A DNA stretch of 64,000 bases from a virus (Duplodnaviria; Caudoviricetes). The translations under genes and the position numbers were made by a program. The stretch is taken from IMG/VR virus record IMGVR_UViG_3300020399_000003, positions 9,994-73,993 of that record, one strand, 5' to 3'. This document shows, piece by piece, positions 30,581 to 40,783 of this stretch; positions within the stretch are counted from its first letter, which is position 1; each line of letters starts with the position of its first letter. The notes under the pieces were generated by a model that saw only the letters and a list, made by a program, of their open reading frames with translations, was not told the DNA's origin and searched no databases.

Positions 30581-31198
30581 TTAACTCCCTTGATGAAATG
30601 CAGGATTTGCTGCTTGAGATGCAGCCAATCTTTCTAACTCTTCTTTAGTTAGTGGATCTAATATTCGAACATTAAATTTCTTAGTAATATATGGCTCTAA
30701 TTGTTTTTCACCATTAGGCATAGTTACTGTTTTAAATTTTTGCATTTCAGCATATTCAATTTGATTCAGGATAACTTGCGGAACATGCCATCCTTCTTCG
30801 TTGTTAAAAGGAACATACTTTTTAATCATTTTCCCGCCATTAAGACCTGAAGCACCTACAGTAAATATGAGACCGGGATAACTACTCATTAGCGGGTCAT
30901 TAGGCGTAACAACAATACGCACAAGTTTCATAGCTTCTTTCTCACCCGTTTTTGTTAATGCTTTTGCAGCAGCTGCTTTAGCGGCTTCACTAGCATCTGG
31001 CAGCCCACCCTCATAAGGTCTATCATCTACAGCAACTGGAATATCTTGCACCATTACTTCTGGGTTTTCCCGAGCAGTATATAACAGTTCAGCTAATTTA
31101 GATGACCCTGTCTTATGATGGAATTTAATTCCATATTCTTTTAATTCCTGTTTAATTTCTTCATCAGTAAGCTCACTGATAGGTGTTTCAACTTGCAT
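30581..31198 (-). CDS. N4 gp55-like protein
   Basis: KLVRIVVTPNDP...GWHVPQ pattern; directly downstream of MCP. Confidence 0.65.
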   Translation of the reverse strand: MQVETPISELTDEEIKQELKEYGIKFHHKTGSSKLAELLYTARENPEVMVQDIPVAVDDRPYEGGLPDASEAAKAAAAKALTKTGEKEAMKLVRIVVTPNDPLMSSYPGLIFTVGASGLNGGKMIKKYVPFNNEEGWHVPQVILNQIEYAEMQKFKTVTMPNGEKQLEPYITKKFNVRILDPLTKEELERLAASQAANPAFHQGS

Positions 31199-31226
31199 AC
31201 ATCTTCTCCTTAGTTAAACGTCCCCC

Positions 31227-31244
31227 CGAGGGCTAACGCCCTCG
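31227..31244 (-). terminator. GC-rich hairpin after the capsid gene
   Basis: CGAGGGC-TAAC-GCCCTCG; no clear U-tract. Confidence 0.4.
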
Positions 31245-31263
31245 AGGTGACATCTATTTATGA

Positions 31264-32574
31264 TTATACAGCTGCCAAAGCAGTCCAGATAATTCCTAGA
31301 CGTTCTGGGCGAAGCGCCATAAATCCATAGTACCATTTGATAGAGTAGAACCCTACTTCACCATATGGATCATCCAAAGAAGCTATTTCTTTACCAGGCT
31401 TCTTATGGTTGATGCTGAATTTAACGCTTTTTCCATCTGTCTGGAAACCGATAGTAGTGAAAGCACCATCACCAACAACTAACATTGGGTAGATGTCTGC
31501 ACCATTATCTCCGGTACCTGCAGTATCAGCGGCAGATGCACCACCGTTTTCGGTGAATTGCATTTCTGGTACTACAACAATTCGGAACTGATCTACTGTT
31601 CCAATTTCACCATTCATAACATTACCAGCGTCTGCATATTTTTCAACAGAAACAAATGCAGGTGCACTATGTAAGTCAGTCATAGCTCTTAGAAGAGGAA
31701 TCAATTCTGAACCAACATACATGATACGTCCACCATTAACGGTTTTAGTATCAACCATTCGTGAACCAGCAATAACTTTCGTTTGCTTAGGAGTTTTATT
31801 ATCATCCAAAGCAATAGAAAGATTCATGAGGTCCGTATAGGTAACAACTTCATCAACATCCAATTTACTACCTGTCGTTACGGCAGCAGCAGCTGAACAA
31901 TAATAAGCTGTACCATTAGCAGTTGCATTGGTAATAAGATCTGCCTGAAGCTCTGCTTCAGTCAACTCATTAGCACCAACGAGAGCTTCCTCAGTAATAT
32001 GAGACAACAATTCTGAATCAGAATCGAAATCCATAGATTCCTGAGTGTACTCTGTAAAGAAACCACGTTTTAGCAATTCGCCTTCAATTTGCGTACGTGT
32101 GAAACCAACTCTGTTAACTCGACCACCGTGCTCACGGAGAGTCGGGATTTTAGATTTAATTGTACCGGTATCTTTAGAAGAACCGTACAAGTTTTGATCA
32201 TTCAATCCAACTTCACCACCAGCACCAGCTGCGGTTACCGCATCTGCTCTGTTAGCTTCGTCAGAAGATTGAAGAACACCAGAAGAATTCCATGCAGACC
32301 AAGTGCCAGCTGTAAGAGCTGTACCTGCTGCATTGAGTCCCTGATCACCAGTATTCAATACATCAAGCAATGGAACATATACATCTTGCTTGATTTTCTT
32401 ACCCATATGCTTCGGCATTGCACGAACATCTGCCAAAGGCATAAAGTACATACGGTCTCGAACACTGATAAGCGCTTTCTTAAAATAATAATCAGTTCTT
32501 GCTTGTGCGCCTATGTCCGATGCAGACCCACTAGCAGTACTAGATGGGGAATTATATGCATTTTCATTAGCCAT
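31264..32574 (-). CDS. Major capsid protein (N4 gp56-like)
   Basis: MPKHMGKKIK, FTEYTQESMDFDSD, C-terminal DPYGEVGFYSIKWYYGFMALRPERL. Confidence 0.93.
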   Translation of the reverse strand: MANENAYNSPSSTASGSASDIGAQARTDYYFKKALISVRDRMYFMPLADVRAMPKHMGKKIKQDVYVPLLDVLNTGDQGLNAAGTALTAGTWSAWNSSGVLQSSDEANRADAVTAAGAGGEVGLNDQNLYGSSKDTGTIKSKIPTLREHGGRVNRVGFTRTQIEGELLKRGFFTEYTQESMDFDSDSELLSHITEEALVGANELTEAELQADLITNATANGTAYYCSAAAAVTTGSKLDVDEVVTYTDLMNLSIALDDNKTPKQTKVIAGSRMVDTKTVNGGRIMYVGSELIPLLRAMTDLHSAPAFVSVEKYADAGNVMNGEIGTVDQFRIVVVPEMQFTENGGASAADTAGTGDNGADIYPMLVVGDGAFTTIGFQTDGKSVKFSINHKKPGKEIASLDDPYGEVGFYSIKWYYGFMALRPERLGIIWTALAAV

Positions 32575-32601
32575 AATATTTACTCAAGTTAATAGTGATA
32601 A

Positions 32602-33750
32602 TTACGGTGTAGCATATTTCTTCATAAACTCGTCATCTGATAGACCTAAAAAGTCATCAGTAGCAGGGCCTTTCTTAGAAGAAACTTGCTTCACTGGCGC
32701 TGCTGCTTTTCGTTTTTTATTACGATCAGCATTAGCTTCTTGTTGTGGTACAGATTCATTTGATACATTAGAAGCTTTACTACCATTATCACTAGACATA
32801 ACGAGCTTATTGTTTTTATACATGTCTTCAGCTGTTAATCGATACGCTTCTACATCAGGAGTATTTTTAAATTTACCTAAAACTTTCCCTTGTTGCATTT
32901 GCGCATGAACTTGGTCAAAAACACCGGTAAGCATATGTTCATTAACTATAGAAATAATTTCAGGTTGATCAGAAATAGTAGTTCTACTTTCTGAATCCCA
33001 TTCTTTAGTTAGAACATCGATAGTCCGAGTAAATGTTTCCGTTTCTTTAATTTCATCAAGAATACGGTCCAAATTATATTCTTTATCTGTAATAGAATAA
33101 TTATTTGGTTGGTAGTTTACTGCAGCTTCATTGTCAATCTCTAAAGGATCTACATTACTTTCTTGAATTAGCTTAGTAATTGCTTGAGGGTCTTTTTTAG
33201 ATAGATCAATTAAATTATTTAATTTTGCTTCATCTAATAGCTCATTATTTTCTAACATCTTAATAAGCTTTAAATTCGGCTTTAATTGAGACATCTTCTT
33301 CTGATAATTAGCACCCATTTGCATTAAACGGATAACATCATCAGGAGATTCAACCTTCATTTCAACACCATTGGCTTTGAAAGGTGCAGTAACCTTTTTG
33401 AAAGCACTTTCGTAATCAAACTCTGTAGTATCTGGAGTATCCTCTTTGGTGTCAGTCGAGTCTGATTTACTAGTATCAAGAGATTCTGTCGTATCACTAC
33501 CAGCAAAAGGTTCAGGCTCCTTCGGAGTATCCTCCGTAGGTTGGCTTACTTCTTCTGTTACAGTTTCAACTTCAGTTTGCTCCTGTGCTTCACTACCCTC
33601 TGGCGAGGGTTCTTCAACAGCATCAGTTTGATCTGATGCAGTAGTTTCTTCTTCAACTGCTGTTTCTTCAGCAGTTTCTTCAGCTAAAAAATCATTAGGA
33701 TCTTTAGCTAGGAATTCTTCGTCAGTTAAGTCTAATGCGGTATCTGTCAT
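32602..33750 (-). CDS. N4 gp57-like scaffold / tape-measure-annotated protein
   Basis: Acidic disordered N-terminus; PFKANG...LMQMGANYQKKM; lies between portal and MCP. Confidence 0.75.
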   Translation of the reverse strand: MTDTALDLTDEEFLAKDPNDFLAEETAEETAVEEETTASDQTDAVEEPSPEGSEAQEQTEVETVTEEVSQPTEDTPKEPEPFAGSDTTESLDTSKSDSTDTKEDTPDTTEFDYESAFKKVTAPFKANGVEMKVESPDDVIRLMQMGANYQKKMSQLKPNLKLIKMLENNELLDEAKLNNLIDLSKKDPQAITKLIQESNVDPLEIDNEAAVNYQPNNYSITDKEYNLDRILDEIKETETFTRTIDVLTKEWDSESRTTISDQPEIISIVNEHMLTGVFDQVHAQMQQGKVLGKFKNTPDVEAYRLTAEDMYKNNKLVMSSDNGSKASNVSNESVPQQEANADRNKKRKAAAPVKQVSSKKGPATDDFLGLSDDEFMKKYATP

Positions 33751-34082
33751 TTATTTAATCCTTCCGCTAATATTTCTTCACGAGTTTGTTCGTGTTCTCC
33801 AATAGCTTGATCCATTTCAGTTCCACGTCTCATTACTGATTCAAGAAAATTAGCTAAAGCTCCAATACCATATTGCATGTTATCAATAAGTTTCATCTGA
33901 TCATCGTTTAAATTAGAACTTTTTGCCATAACTAATCTAGCTGCTTCTTCTTTAAAGTACCCTTCTTCAATAACTTCTTTAAAGTATTTACTATCCATTA
34001 ATTTAACACAATGATCTCGGAGTTCACGCATGCGTTGTGCAGCTGTAATTTGTATTTCAACTTGTTCTAATTCTGTGCTCAT
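33747..34082 (-). CDS. N4 gp58-like protein
   Basis: FKEVIEEGYFKEEAARLV pattern; synteny. Confidence 0.7.
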   Translation of the reverse strand: MSTELEQVEIQITAAQRMRELRDHCVKLMDSKYFKEVIEEGYFKEEAARLVMAKSSNLNDDQMKLIDNMQYGIGALANFLESVMRRGTEMDQAIGEHEQTREEILAEGLNK

Positions 34083-34132
34083 TAGTACCTACCTTATGAT
34101 TTAGTTAATATAAACAACCTCTTAATGTCTAT

Positions 34133-36235
34133 TTAACGATCAATTCCGGCATTGTCAACATTTATTTCAGCATCAAGCTGTCTATTATCTAAATTAGCTT
34201 GTCTATCAAACTCTTTACTTTCTAAATTTTGAGCATGTTTTTTATCTTCAGTTGCTGCTTCTCTTGTATCTTTACTGCCAGATTCTTTATCCACAAAATC
34301 AAGATCAGTAAGATCTGCTCCACTTTCCAGACTTCTTGCTTTAGCTTGCTCTGTCGCAGTCTTAGCAGTTTTAAGTTGAACATCAACAGCATTTTCTTGA
34401 CCTTTAGCAGTTTCATTTTGAACTTGTGCTTCTAGCAATGCTAATTCAAGTTGAGCTTTCTGCTGGGCCATTGGATCAGGTTGTGGTTGGTATTCTTCAA
34501 TACGTTTAGCTAAATCAGGCATTTTACGCAATTTAGCTATGTCCGCTAAAATCATTTGACTCATTTCAGGAGGCATAGTATTACCCATAGTTTGTAACAT
34601 AAATGCTAATTCACTTCCTTTTTGTTCGTCAGCTTCAGCAGTAGAAATATTAAGTCTAATATCATATTTACCGCCTAAATCATTTCTATTAATAGCTACA
34701 AATTCTTCATTAGTAATTCTAATAATTTCTTCATCATCAAGAAATTCAGCATTCATAGAAATAACTTTACGCCCAATTTGATTTAATCCATTCGACAGTC
34801 TACGAAGAATTCCTAATTCTCTTTTAGATGTAGCATCAAGTGCTGATCTAATACCAGTAGCTGTAGTACCTAGCGCCTGTCCAGATATTCCCTGGGTAAA
34901 TGCTTTAACTCCTGTTAATGCTTCAGCATCATTGTTCTGCATATTAAGTACTTCTAATGCGGACCGAGGTATTTCTGGGTAAACTTCCATATGAAATGCT
35001 TGACGAGGATCTACGTTAGCATTAAATTTATAATCATCTCCACGTTCAAATTTACGTGCGTTAGTAACATCTAAAGCATCTTTACGAATACCTTGTTGCC
35101 CGCTAGCACTGCGTCCAATAATGTCAATGATTCCTCGAGTAACAGCACCTACTATTTTTTGATTATCTTCAATAAGAGCTGCGTCTGGTTCTCCATAAAT
35201 ATTTTTACGTCTAGGTAAGTATTGAACTAATACAAATGGAATTTTTTTATCAGGAAATGGATTCTCTTCCATTCTGATAATTGTGTCTCCTATCCAGGTA
35301 GCTACAAATGGTTTAACTTCACCAGTATCATCTATATCCCAATACCCCCAGTATTCTCTGGCGATAACTTTCTTACGTGCCTTATCTTTAAACGTAAAAG
35401 AAGTATCGTCACTATTAACTTCATGATCTGGTTCAGCTAATACAGAGGCACTTTCAAAATTAATATCATCTAGATTTTTATATCGCCCATCTTTCTTAAG
35501 TTCAGATAGTGATGTTTCAAAACTATAAATTGCAAAGTTAGCGTTTTCTAGATCGCCATCACAAGTTGGATCTACAATTATATTGTTATAATCACAAACT
35601 GTTAATACCGGTTGATTTTTAATAGTAACTGTTTTAATTTTTGATTTCTGTCCAACCTTTTGTTCTTGCATTACTGGTTGACCAGTTTGAGGGTCCATAG
35701 CAGGTTGTCCTGTTTGTGGATCAAGGACCATTTGCATTTCCATTACATCTTCGTAGACTTTACGTTTGCCTTCTTCAAACTCCCATCCAACACGTACTAC
35801 AACAGTTCCTTCATCAACAGCTGTTCTAATATATTCATCAACAAATACAACTTTATCCATACGACAGTTAAGTTGATAATTTAAAAGCATACCATTTTGT
35901 ACAGCATAAGGTTTATCTTCAAATGTTTGGGGGGAAGTATTAAACAGATCATCAGTAGAAAGGAAAGGTTCAGATAGAGCAGCATAACGCCATTCCGCTT
36001 GTTTACGAACTAATTTTGGTACTAATTTAGAACGTCCACGTTTAGCATTAATAGTCTGTTCACCATTTAATACACGAAGCCAGGTATCAACTTCTTGAGT
36101 ATGCACATCATGGGCTACCTTAGCTGATTCATAATCTTGTTTAAGATCAGCTAAAGTTGGTGGGTTTTCCCAATCAACTAGATCATTAGCATCAACTGCA
36201 GTTGTTTTGTCTTCATCTAAGTTTGATTCAGCCAT
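34133..36235 (-). CDS. Portal protein (N4 gp59-like)
   Basis: 700 aa; RSKLVPKLVRKQAEWRYAALSEPFL; DIIGRSASGQ; synteny. Confidence 0.9.
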   Translation of the reverse strand: MAESNLDEDKTTAVDANDLVDWENPPTLADLKQDYESAKVAHDVHTQEVDTWLRVLNGEQTINAKRGRSKLVPKLVRKQAEWRYAALSEPFLSTDDLFNTSPQTFEDKPYAVQNGMLLNYQLNCRMDKVVFVDEYIRTAVDEGTVVVRVGWEFEEGKRKVYEDVMEMQMVLDPQTGQPAMDPQTGQPVMQEQKVGQKSKIKTVTIKNQPVLTVCDYNNIIVDPTCDGDLENANFAIYSFETSLSELKKDGRYKNLDDINFESASVLAEPDHEVNSDDTSFTFKDKARKKVIAREYWGYWDIDDTGEVKPFVATWIGDTIIRMEENPFPDKKIPFVLVQYLPRRKNIYGEPDAALIEDNQKIVGAVTRGIIDIIGRSASGQQGIRKDALDVTNARKFERGDDYKFNANVDPRQAFHMEVYPEIPRSALEVLNMQNNDAEALTGVKAFTQGISGQALGTTATGIRSALDATSKRELGILRRLSNGLNQIGRKVISMNAEFLDDEEIIRITNEEFVAINRNDLGGKYDIRLNISTAEADEQKGSELAFMLQTMGNTMPPEMSQMILADIAKLRKMPDLAKRIEEYQPQPDPMAQQKAQLELALLEAQVQNETAKGQENAVDVQLKTAKTATEQAKARSLESGADLTDLDFVDKESGSKDTREAATEDKKHAQNLESKEFDRQANLDNRQLDAEINVDNAGIDR

Positions 36236-36238
36236 TAT

Positions 36239-36577
36239 CTATGTCCCTGCTTCTTCTAAATGTTTTTCATATTGACTGTATTTGCTTTTAAGATAGTTAT
36301 CTACCTTATAAAACTTAAGCCCATCTATCGTATCATAATACGTTAAGTAATTGTCAAACATAGAATGTTCACCTTCTAATTGAATAGAACAATAAATATC
36401 ATCTGCTTGTACAATTTCCGATACAAAATACGTCCAAACTTTTGCAAAATCTAATCTAGCTTCAACACTATCTACTATAATAAGCCCAGCTATCATATAA
36501 CCATTCATCGGCTTATTAAAGTTATAAAATAAAACTGCTTCCCCTTCTTGTATTAAACTAGCGTGTGCAAATATCAT
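36239..36577 (-). CDS. Hypothetical protein, coupled to the ACP-like gene
   Basis: ATGA overlap with the upstream ORF; directly before portal. Confidence 0.6.
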   Translation of the reverse strand: MIFAHASLIQEGEAVLFYNFNKPMNGYMIAGLIIVDSVEARLDFAKVWTYFVSEIVQADDIYCSIQLEGEHSMFDNYLTYYDTIDGLKFYKVDNYLKSKYSQYEKHLEEAGT

Positions 36578-36960
36578 GAATTAGTGCCCCCAAAATAATT
36601 ACCTTTATAGTTTCCTTTATTTATTGTTGCATCAACTTCTGCGTATGAATATGTTTTTGTTGCTTCTAATGTAACAAATTTTTTAATAGCACGAATTGTA
36701 AAATCTCGTTTACTAACAAAATCTCTCATAATTTTCTCAGGAATACCAAATAAATGAACTATCCAAATAAAAAATACCGTCATACTTAAACTATCTAATT
36801 CATCTAAATTTAATTTATCATTAATAGAATTAAGGGGAGTATATTCATCTTCGTCTAGATCTATACGACATAATGAATTAATGACTTTTAAGAATTCTGC
36901 ATCTGTAAAATTAAATGATGCCATAGTGTTGAATAGTTTAGCATTAGCGTGTATAGTCAC
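36574..36960 (-). CDS. Acyl-carrier-protein-like protein
   Basis: LNLDELDSLSMTVFFIWIVHLFGI matches the ACP helix-II DSL motif followed by FGI; true start may be MASFNF. Confidence 0.5.
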   Translation of the reverse strand: MTIHANAKLFNTMASFNFTDAEFLKVINSLCRIDLDEDEYTPLNSINDKLNLDELDSLSMTVFFIWIVHLFGIPEKIMRDFVSKRDFTIRAIKKFVTLEATKTYSYAEVDATINKGNYKGNYFGGTNS

Positions 36961-36987
36961 GCAACCTATTCTAATGGAGGATACATT

Positions 36988-37263
36988 ATGGTAAAAGTAG
37001 AATTAACAGATAAATTAGCAAAACAATTAAAAATAGGAAAAAGTAAAGCCCATAAAATAGTTAATGCCGTTTTAGAAGAAATTAAACAAGGAATAATAAC
37101 GGACGGTATAGTAACACTACGCGGCTTTGGATCTTTCCGGGCCCGTATGAAAGTAAAACGTTTAGGACGTAATCCTAAAACAGGAGAATCAGCAGTTATT
37201 ACAGCGAGACGAGTTCCTTCTTTTAAAGCATCAAAACTACTAAAAAATAGAGTTAACGGATAA
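36988..37263 (+). CDS. HU/IHF-family DNA-bending protein
   Basis: VTLRGFGSF...GRNPKTGE...ARRVPSFKASKLLK; GGAGG RBS before ATG 36988. Confidence 0.92.
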   Translation: MVKVELTDKLAKQLKIGKSKAHKIVNAVLEEIKQGIITDGIVTLRGFGSFRARMKVKRLGRNPKTGESAVITARRVPSFKASKLLKNRVNG

Positions 37264-37267
37264 ATTT

Positions 37268-37594
37268 ATGGTTTTCAGGGTTAAAGTCTTTAAGCCAGAT
37301 AAAGACGGTAATCTAGTACTAGAACAAGTACTACCAGTAGAAGATGTTTCTAGGATACATTGGACTAAATTTAATAGAGATAATAAATATCAAGTTGATT
37401 TTAAAGGAGATACTACACTTACATATCATAGACTTGGAGCTGATCCAAAACAATGTGCGGAAGAAGGTTGTACTGAAATGGTTGATGATCCTAGAACATT
37501 AACTTGCTCAAAGAAGTGTAAACTCAATAGGTTACGCAGAAAAAATAAAGAAGCTAGAGCACGACAACGAGCTAGACAACTTAAAAAGGAGTAG
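37268..37594 (+). CDS. Hypothetical Zn-ribbon protein
   Basis: CAEEGC...CSKKC; N-terminus paralogous to 4090 and 60721. Confidence 0.6.
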   Translation: MVFRVKVFKPDKDGNLVLEQVLPVEDVSRIHWTKFNRDNKYQVDFKGDTTLTYHRLGADPKQCAEEGCTEMVDDPRTLTCSKKCKLNRLRRKNKEARARQRARQLKKE

Positions 37595-37596
37595 TC

Positions 37597-37959
37597 ATGG
37601 GCGATTTAACTGCTAATTTTGATCGATCAGAGTATGCTTGTAAATGTGGATGCGGTAGAGATGATATTAAGCAGGAATTAGCTGAAAAGGTCCAACTAGT
37701 AAGAGATAAATTAAAACGCGGTATTCGGATTAATAGTGGGGTTAGATGCGAAAGACACAATGGTAATATAGGAGCCAGTGCTTCTAGCTCTCATGTAGGT
37801 GGCTGGGCGGCAGATTTAGGCTATCAAGGCTCTAGACAACGGTTTGAACTTATTACTGTATGTGCGCAAGTATTTGATAGAATAGGGATTGCAAAGAATT
37901 TTATACATGTAGATGTAGATGCTAATAAGACTGCTGGTGTAATTTGGATGTATTCTTAA
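37597..37959 (+). CDS. Peptidase M15 family endolysin
   Basis: INSGVRCERHN...SSHVGGWAADL...FIHVD Zn ligands. Confidence 0.88.
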   Translation: MGDLTANFDRSEYACKCGCGRDDIKQELAEKVQLVRDKLKRGIRINSGVRCERHNGNIGASASSSHVGGWAADLGYQGSRQRFELITVCAQVFDRIGIAKNFIHVDVDANKTAGVIWMYS

Positions 37960-38044
37960 TGTATTCTTGACATTGCTACAATATAAGCAATTAACAAAAT
38001 AGTAACAATAGCGGATACTCCACCCAAGATCCAAAGAAATATTT

Positions 38045-38707
38045 TCATTTTGTTTTAGTCATAGCTGCAAGTGGATTCTCCAGAGCTTTCATAATCTTCT
38101 TATCAATCTTCGTTTCTAATGCTTCTATTTGGGAATCAACTTTTGTAAGCTTATCATCCCATCTTTTAGATGTATCAAGTATTAGTTCTCTTACTTCTTT
38201 CTCTGTATTCCGCATAGCTTGCCTAGTCTCTAAGCCGTCTGCTCTCGATCTTTTATCTATAGCATCAATCTGATCTAGTTGTTGATTAACAGTGTTTTTA
38301 ATATCTGTTCTAATATCTCTGGCTGTTGCCTGAGCATCAGATACTAAAGTTTGTACTGCTAATATTTCGGCTCTTATTGTATCTTCTGTTTCAGTAACTA
38401 CTGCTCCTAATGTCCTGATTTCAGCATTAATAATTTCTTTTAGTGCAGTGACTTCTGTATTTACAACTTGTCGTTCAAGTTCTAATGAAGCTTTTACACC
38501 ATCTACCGATGTTGTTATAACTTCTAAACGTTTATCAAAAGTTGCTAAATCTGGGGCTACATAAGTAGTAATTTGTTCTTTCATATCCATGTAGTCTTTA
38601 TAGAATTCAAATCCTCCCCATAGTCCTCCGCCCAGTGTTCCTAGAAGCGGTAAGATAAGTAGTAATTTACCACCTGAGATTTTTATACCACCGTATTCAG
38701 CTTCCAT
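38045..38707 (-). CDS. Membrane-anchored coiled-coil protein
   Basis: N-terminal TM (LLLILPLLGTLGGGLWGG), helical heptads. Confidence 0.65.
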   Translation of the reverse strand: MEAEYGGIKISGGKLLLILPLLGTLGGGLWGGFEFYKDYMDMKEQITTYVAPDLATFDKRLEVITTSVDGVKASLELERQVVNTEVTALKEIINAEIRTLGAVVTETEDTIRAEILAVQTLVSDAQATARDIRTDIKNTVNQQLDQIDAIDKRSRADGLETRQAMRNTEKEVRELILDTSKRWDDKLTKVDSQIEALETKIDKKIMKALENPLAAMTKTK

Positions 38708-38709
38708 AT

Positions 38710-40131
38710 TTATTTCTCAAAGTTATATTGTGAGTCAATCATTTTATTCATCATTTGGTCACTACCTAATGTGTAAATAGAGCTTAAAGGATCAATTAAT
38801 GTTTTTTCATAAGGAATTTCGCTGACATACATTGGCATATCTGGTATACCCGCTTGTTGGTAGTCCTTAAATCCAGGTGCTCCAAGAGCGCCCATCAATG
38901 CTAATTTAGTTCCATCCACATCTCCTCCAGCCATTGAAACTACTTCTAAAACTCTTGAAACTATAGCTTGTACAGCTTTTGCTTTAGACGCATTAGTTTG
39001 TTTTACATCTTGTTTTGATTCTTGTTTAGCTGCCGGTTTCTGTGGCTTTTTAGACTCACTTTTTGGTGTGCTTTTACTTACTGGTGCTGCTGGTGTACTT
39101 TTAGCTACTGGGGCTGCAGAAGCTACAGGAGCTGCCGGTGCTGAAGGTGCTGCTTGTATTTTAGCTACAGCAGCAACTGCACTAGAAACTTGAGGTGCAG
39201 CGACAGGTGGTGCACTTGGAGCAGACATCCCTGTATTAATAGTTATTGGCTGGATTGTTCCGGCTGTGCTAGGAACCGATATAGTTATAGCCCCCGGACT
39301 TACTGCTACAGGGACATTGAGCATTTGTTGTCCAGCTGGGGTAGCAATAGTAATTTGCATATTTGTTCCCACACTAGCATTTACAACCTGACCTAAAGGA
39401 GATGGAGTTGTTGGAGACATGTCGTTGTTCTGCATGATATCTTGGCTACTAACAACAATATCATCAACTGCATTAGCTACTAAATCTAGAATAGTATTTT
39501 GAACTTGATCATTAATAATATCGTATGTAGCAGTTAGATTAATCATATTCGTTTGCGGTCCACCATAACCACCACTTAAACTTGCTCCATCGAGGATTAA
39601 ACCAAATGTTGCTAAGGAATAGGTTAATGTATTCTGTGGGACAATTAATTGACTTGTTACTGTTTGGTAGTCTTGACCTGCAGGAGTTGTAAATGAAGCT
39701 AAATCTGAATAAGTAGTAGTTCCATCTGTAACTTCAATTTTCATAGTAAATGGATCTCCGCCTATATAATTTCTATCCCGTAATCCAACAGAAGCATCCA
39801 TAGTGAACCCCTGAAGCATTTCTTCTTCAGTTAGGAATGATTTAACATCATTAGTAATCTTCCATTCTGTATCAATCCCATAATTGTAGTTTGGATAAAG
39901 AGCACCATGATGATCCCAATAAACGACATCATCATCATCACCACCATCTGAAGCAATATCACTTCTTGGATCAAAATTATAATTTGTACATCTTGTTGAA
40001 CAGGAGGTTTCTGCACCAGCTGAATCTTCAGTAACGTCAGCAGTTGTTTTTGTATCTGCATTGGAGATTGCACAAAAACTTATTTGCGCTAAAAGAATAA
40101 CTAAAAATATAGCTAATTTAAAAATCGTCAT
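38710..40131 (-). CDS. Exported protein with Ala/Pro-rich linker
   Basis: Signal-peptide-like N-terminus; beta-rich domain; APSAP/AAPV low-complexity tract. Confidence 0.6.
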   Translation of the reverse strand: MTIFKLAIFLVILLAQISFCAISNADTKTTADVTEDSAGAETSCSTRCTNYNFDPRSDIASDGGDDDDVVYWDHHGALYPNYNYGIDTEWKITNDVKSFLTEEEMLQGFTMDASVGLRDRNYIGGDPFTMKIEVTDGTTTYSDLASFTTPAGQDYQTVTSQLIVPQNTLTYSLATFGLILDGASLSGGYGGPQTNMINLTATYDIINDQVQNTILDLVANAVDDIVVSSQDIMQNNDMSPTTPSPLGQVVNASVGTNMQITIATPAGQQMLNVPVAVSPGAITISVPSTAGTIQPITINTGMSAPSAPPVAAPQVSSAVAAVAKIQAAPSAPAAPVASAAPVAKSTPAAPVSKSTPKSESKKPQKPAAKQESKQDVKQTNASKAKAVQAIVSRVLEVVSMAGGDVDGTKLALMGALGAPGFKDYQQAGIPDMPMYVSEIPYEKTLIDPLSSIYTLGSDQMMNKMIDSQYNFEK

Positions 40132-40681
40132 CCCACTCTACCTCTCCACTAGAATATGTATTACCTGTATGGTTATTTAGATCAACAACTTTTTGATTTT
40201 CTTTTTTATTTTTCCATTCATCATAATCAGGTCTTCTATGGGGTTGTTTATCCCATATCTGTTTCGCTTCTTCTCCAAGTTTGCCATCAACGGGACAGGG
40301 TGTTCCTGCCTGTTCCATAGCTTGAAAAACTCTAGTGTCTTGGCATAGCAAAGATACAGAAGCAACTTTCATTCCCATACCATATAGAGAACGTGCAAGC
40401 TTTAATCTTTCACAGTTCTTATCCACAACCGTATTACCAAAAGAAAGACCAAACCACGCAGATTGAGCTGCACCAGCCATTGCGGTAGTACAGACATCCT
40501 GGTTATTTAACATTATGTTTGGAGAAGCAGCAGTACTAGGTGTTCTATCTACTGTTGTTGTACCAGTAACAGTCCCAGAAGATGTAACAGTTGAGGATAC
40601 TGTTGTATTAGTATCTACAGCAAATGCAAGGGAGGGAATAAATAGAATAATAATAAGAGGTAAAATCTTCCATGATTTCAT
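40118..40681 (-). CDS. Exported Cys-containing protein
   Basis: Signal peptide ending AFA; Thr/Ser-rich start; DKNCERLKLAR...LLCQD...GTPCP. Confidence 0.65.
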   Translation of the reverse strand: MKSWKILPLIIILFIPSLAFAVDTNTTVSSTVTSSGTVTGTTTVDRTPSTAASPNIMLNNQDVCTTAMAGAAQSAWFGLSFGNTVVDKNCERLKLARSLYGMGMKVASVSLLCQDTRVFQAMEQAGTPCPVDGKLGEEAKQIWDKQPHRRPDYDEWKNKKENQKVVDLNNHTGNTYSSGEVEWDDDF

Positions 40682-40690
40682 GCCATAACC

Positions 40691-40783
40691 TCATTTACGT
40701 GGTTTTTTAGTAGGTTTTCTTCGAGGTTTACGTTTAGGTGGTCTTCCGCGTCTGTTACCATACGTTCCAATTCCTCTAGGCAT
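40691..40783 (-). CDS. Tiny basic protein (30 aa, AT-hook-like)
   Basis: MPRGIGTYGNRRGRPPKRKPRRKPTKKPRK; start overlaps the upstream stop (TAATG). Confidence 0.6.
   Translation of the reverse strand: MPRGIGTYGNRRGRPPKRKPRRKPTKKPRK

Noticed and set aside
32089-32908. + strand ORFs antisense to the capsid and scaffold genes
   Set aside because: Overlap conserved N4-like genes on the opposite strand; no recognizable motifs.
37967-37995. TTGACA after the endolysin as a promoter
   Set aside because: No convincing -10 at 16-18 nt spacing, and no + strand gene follows.
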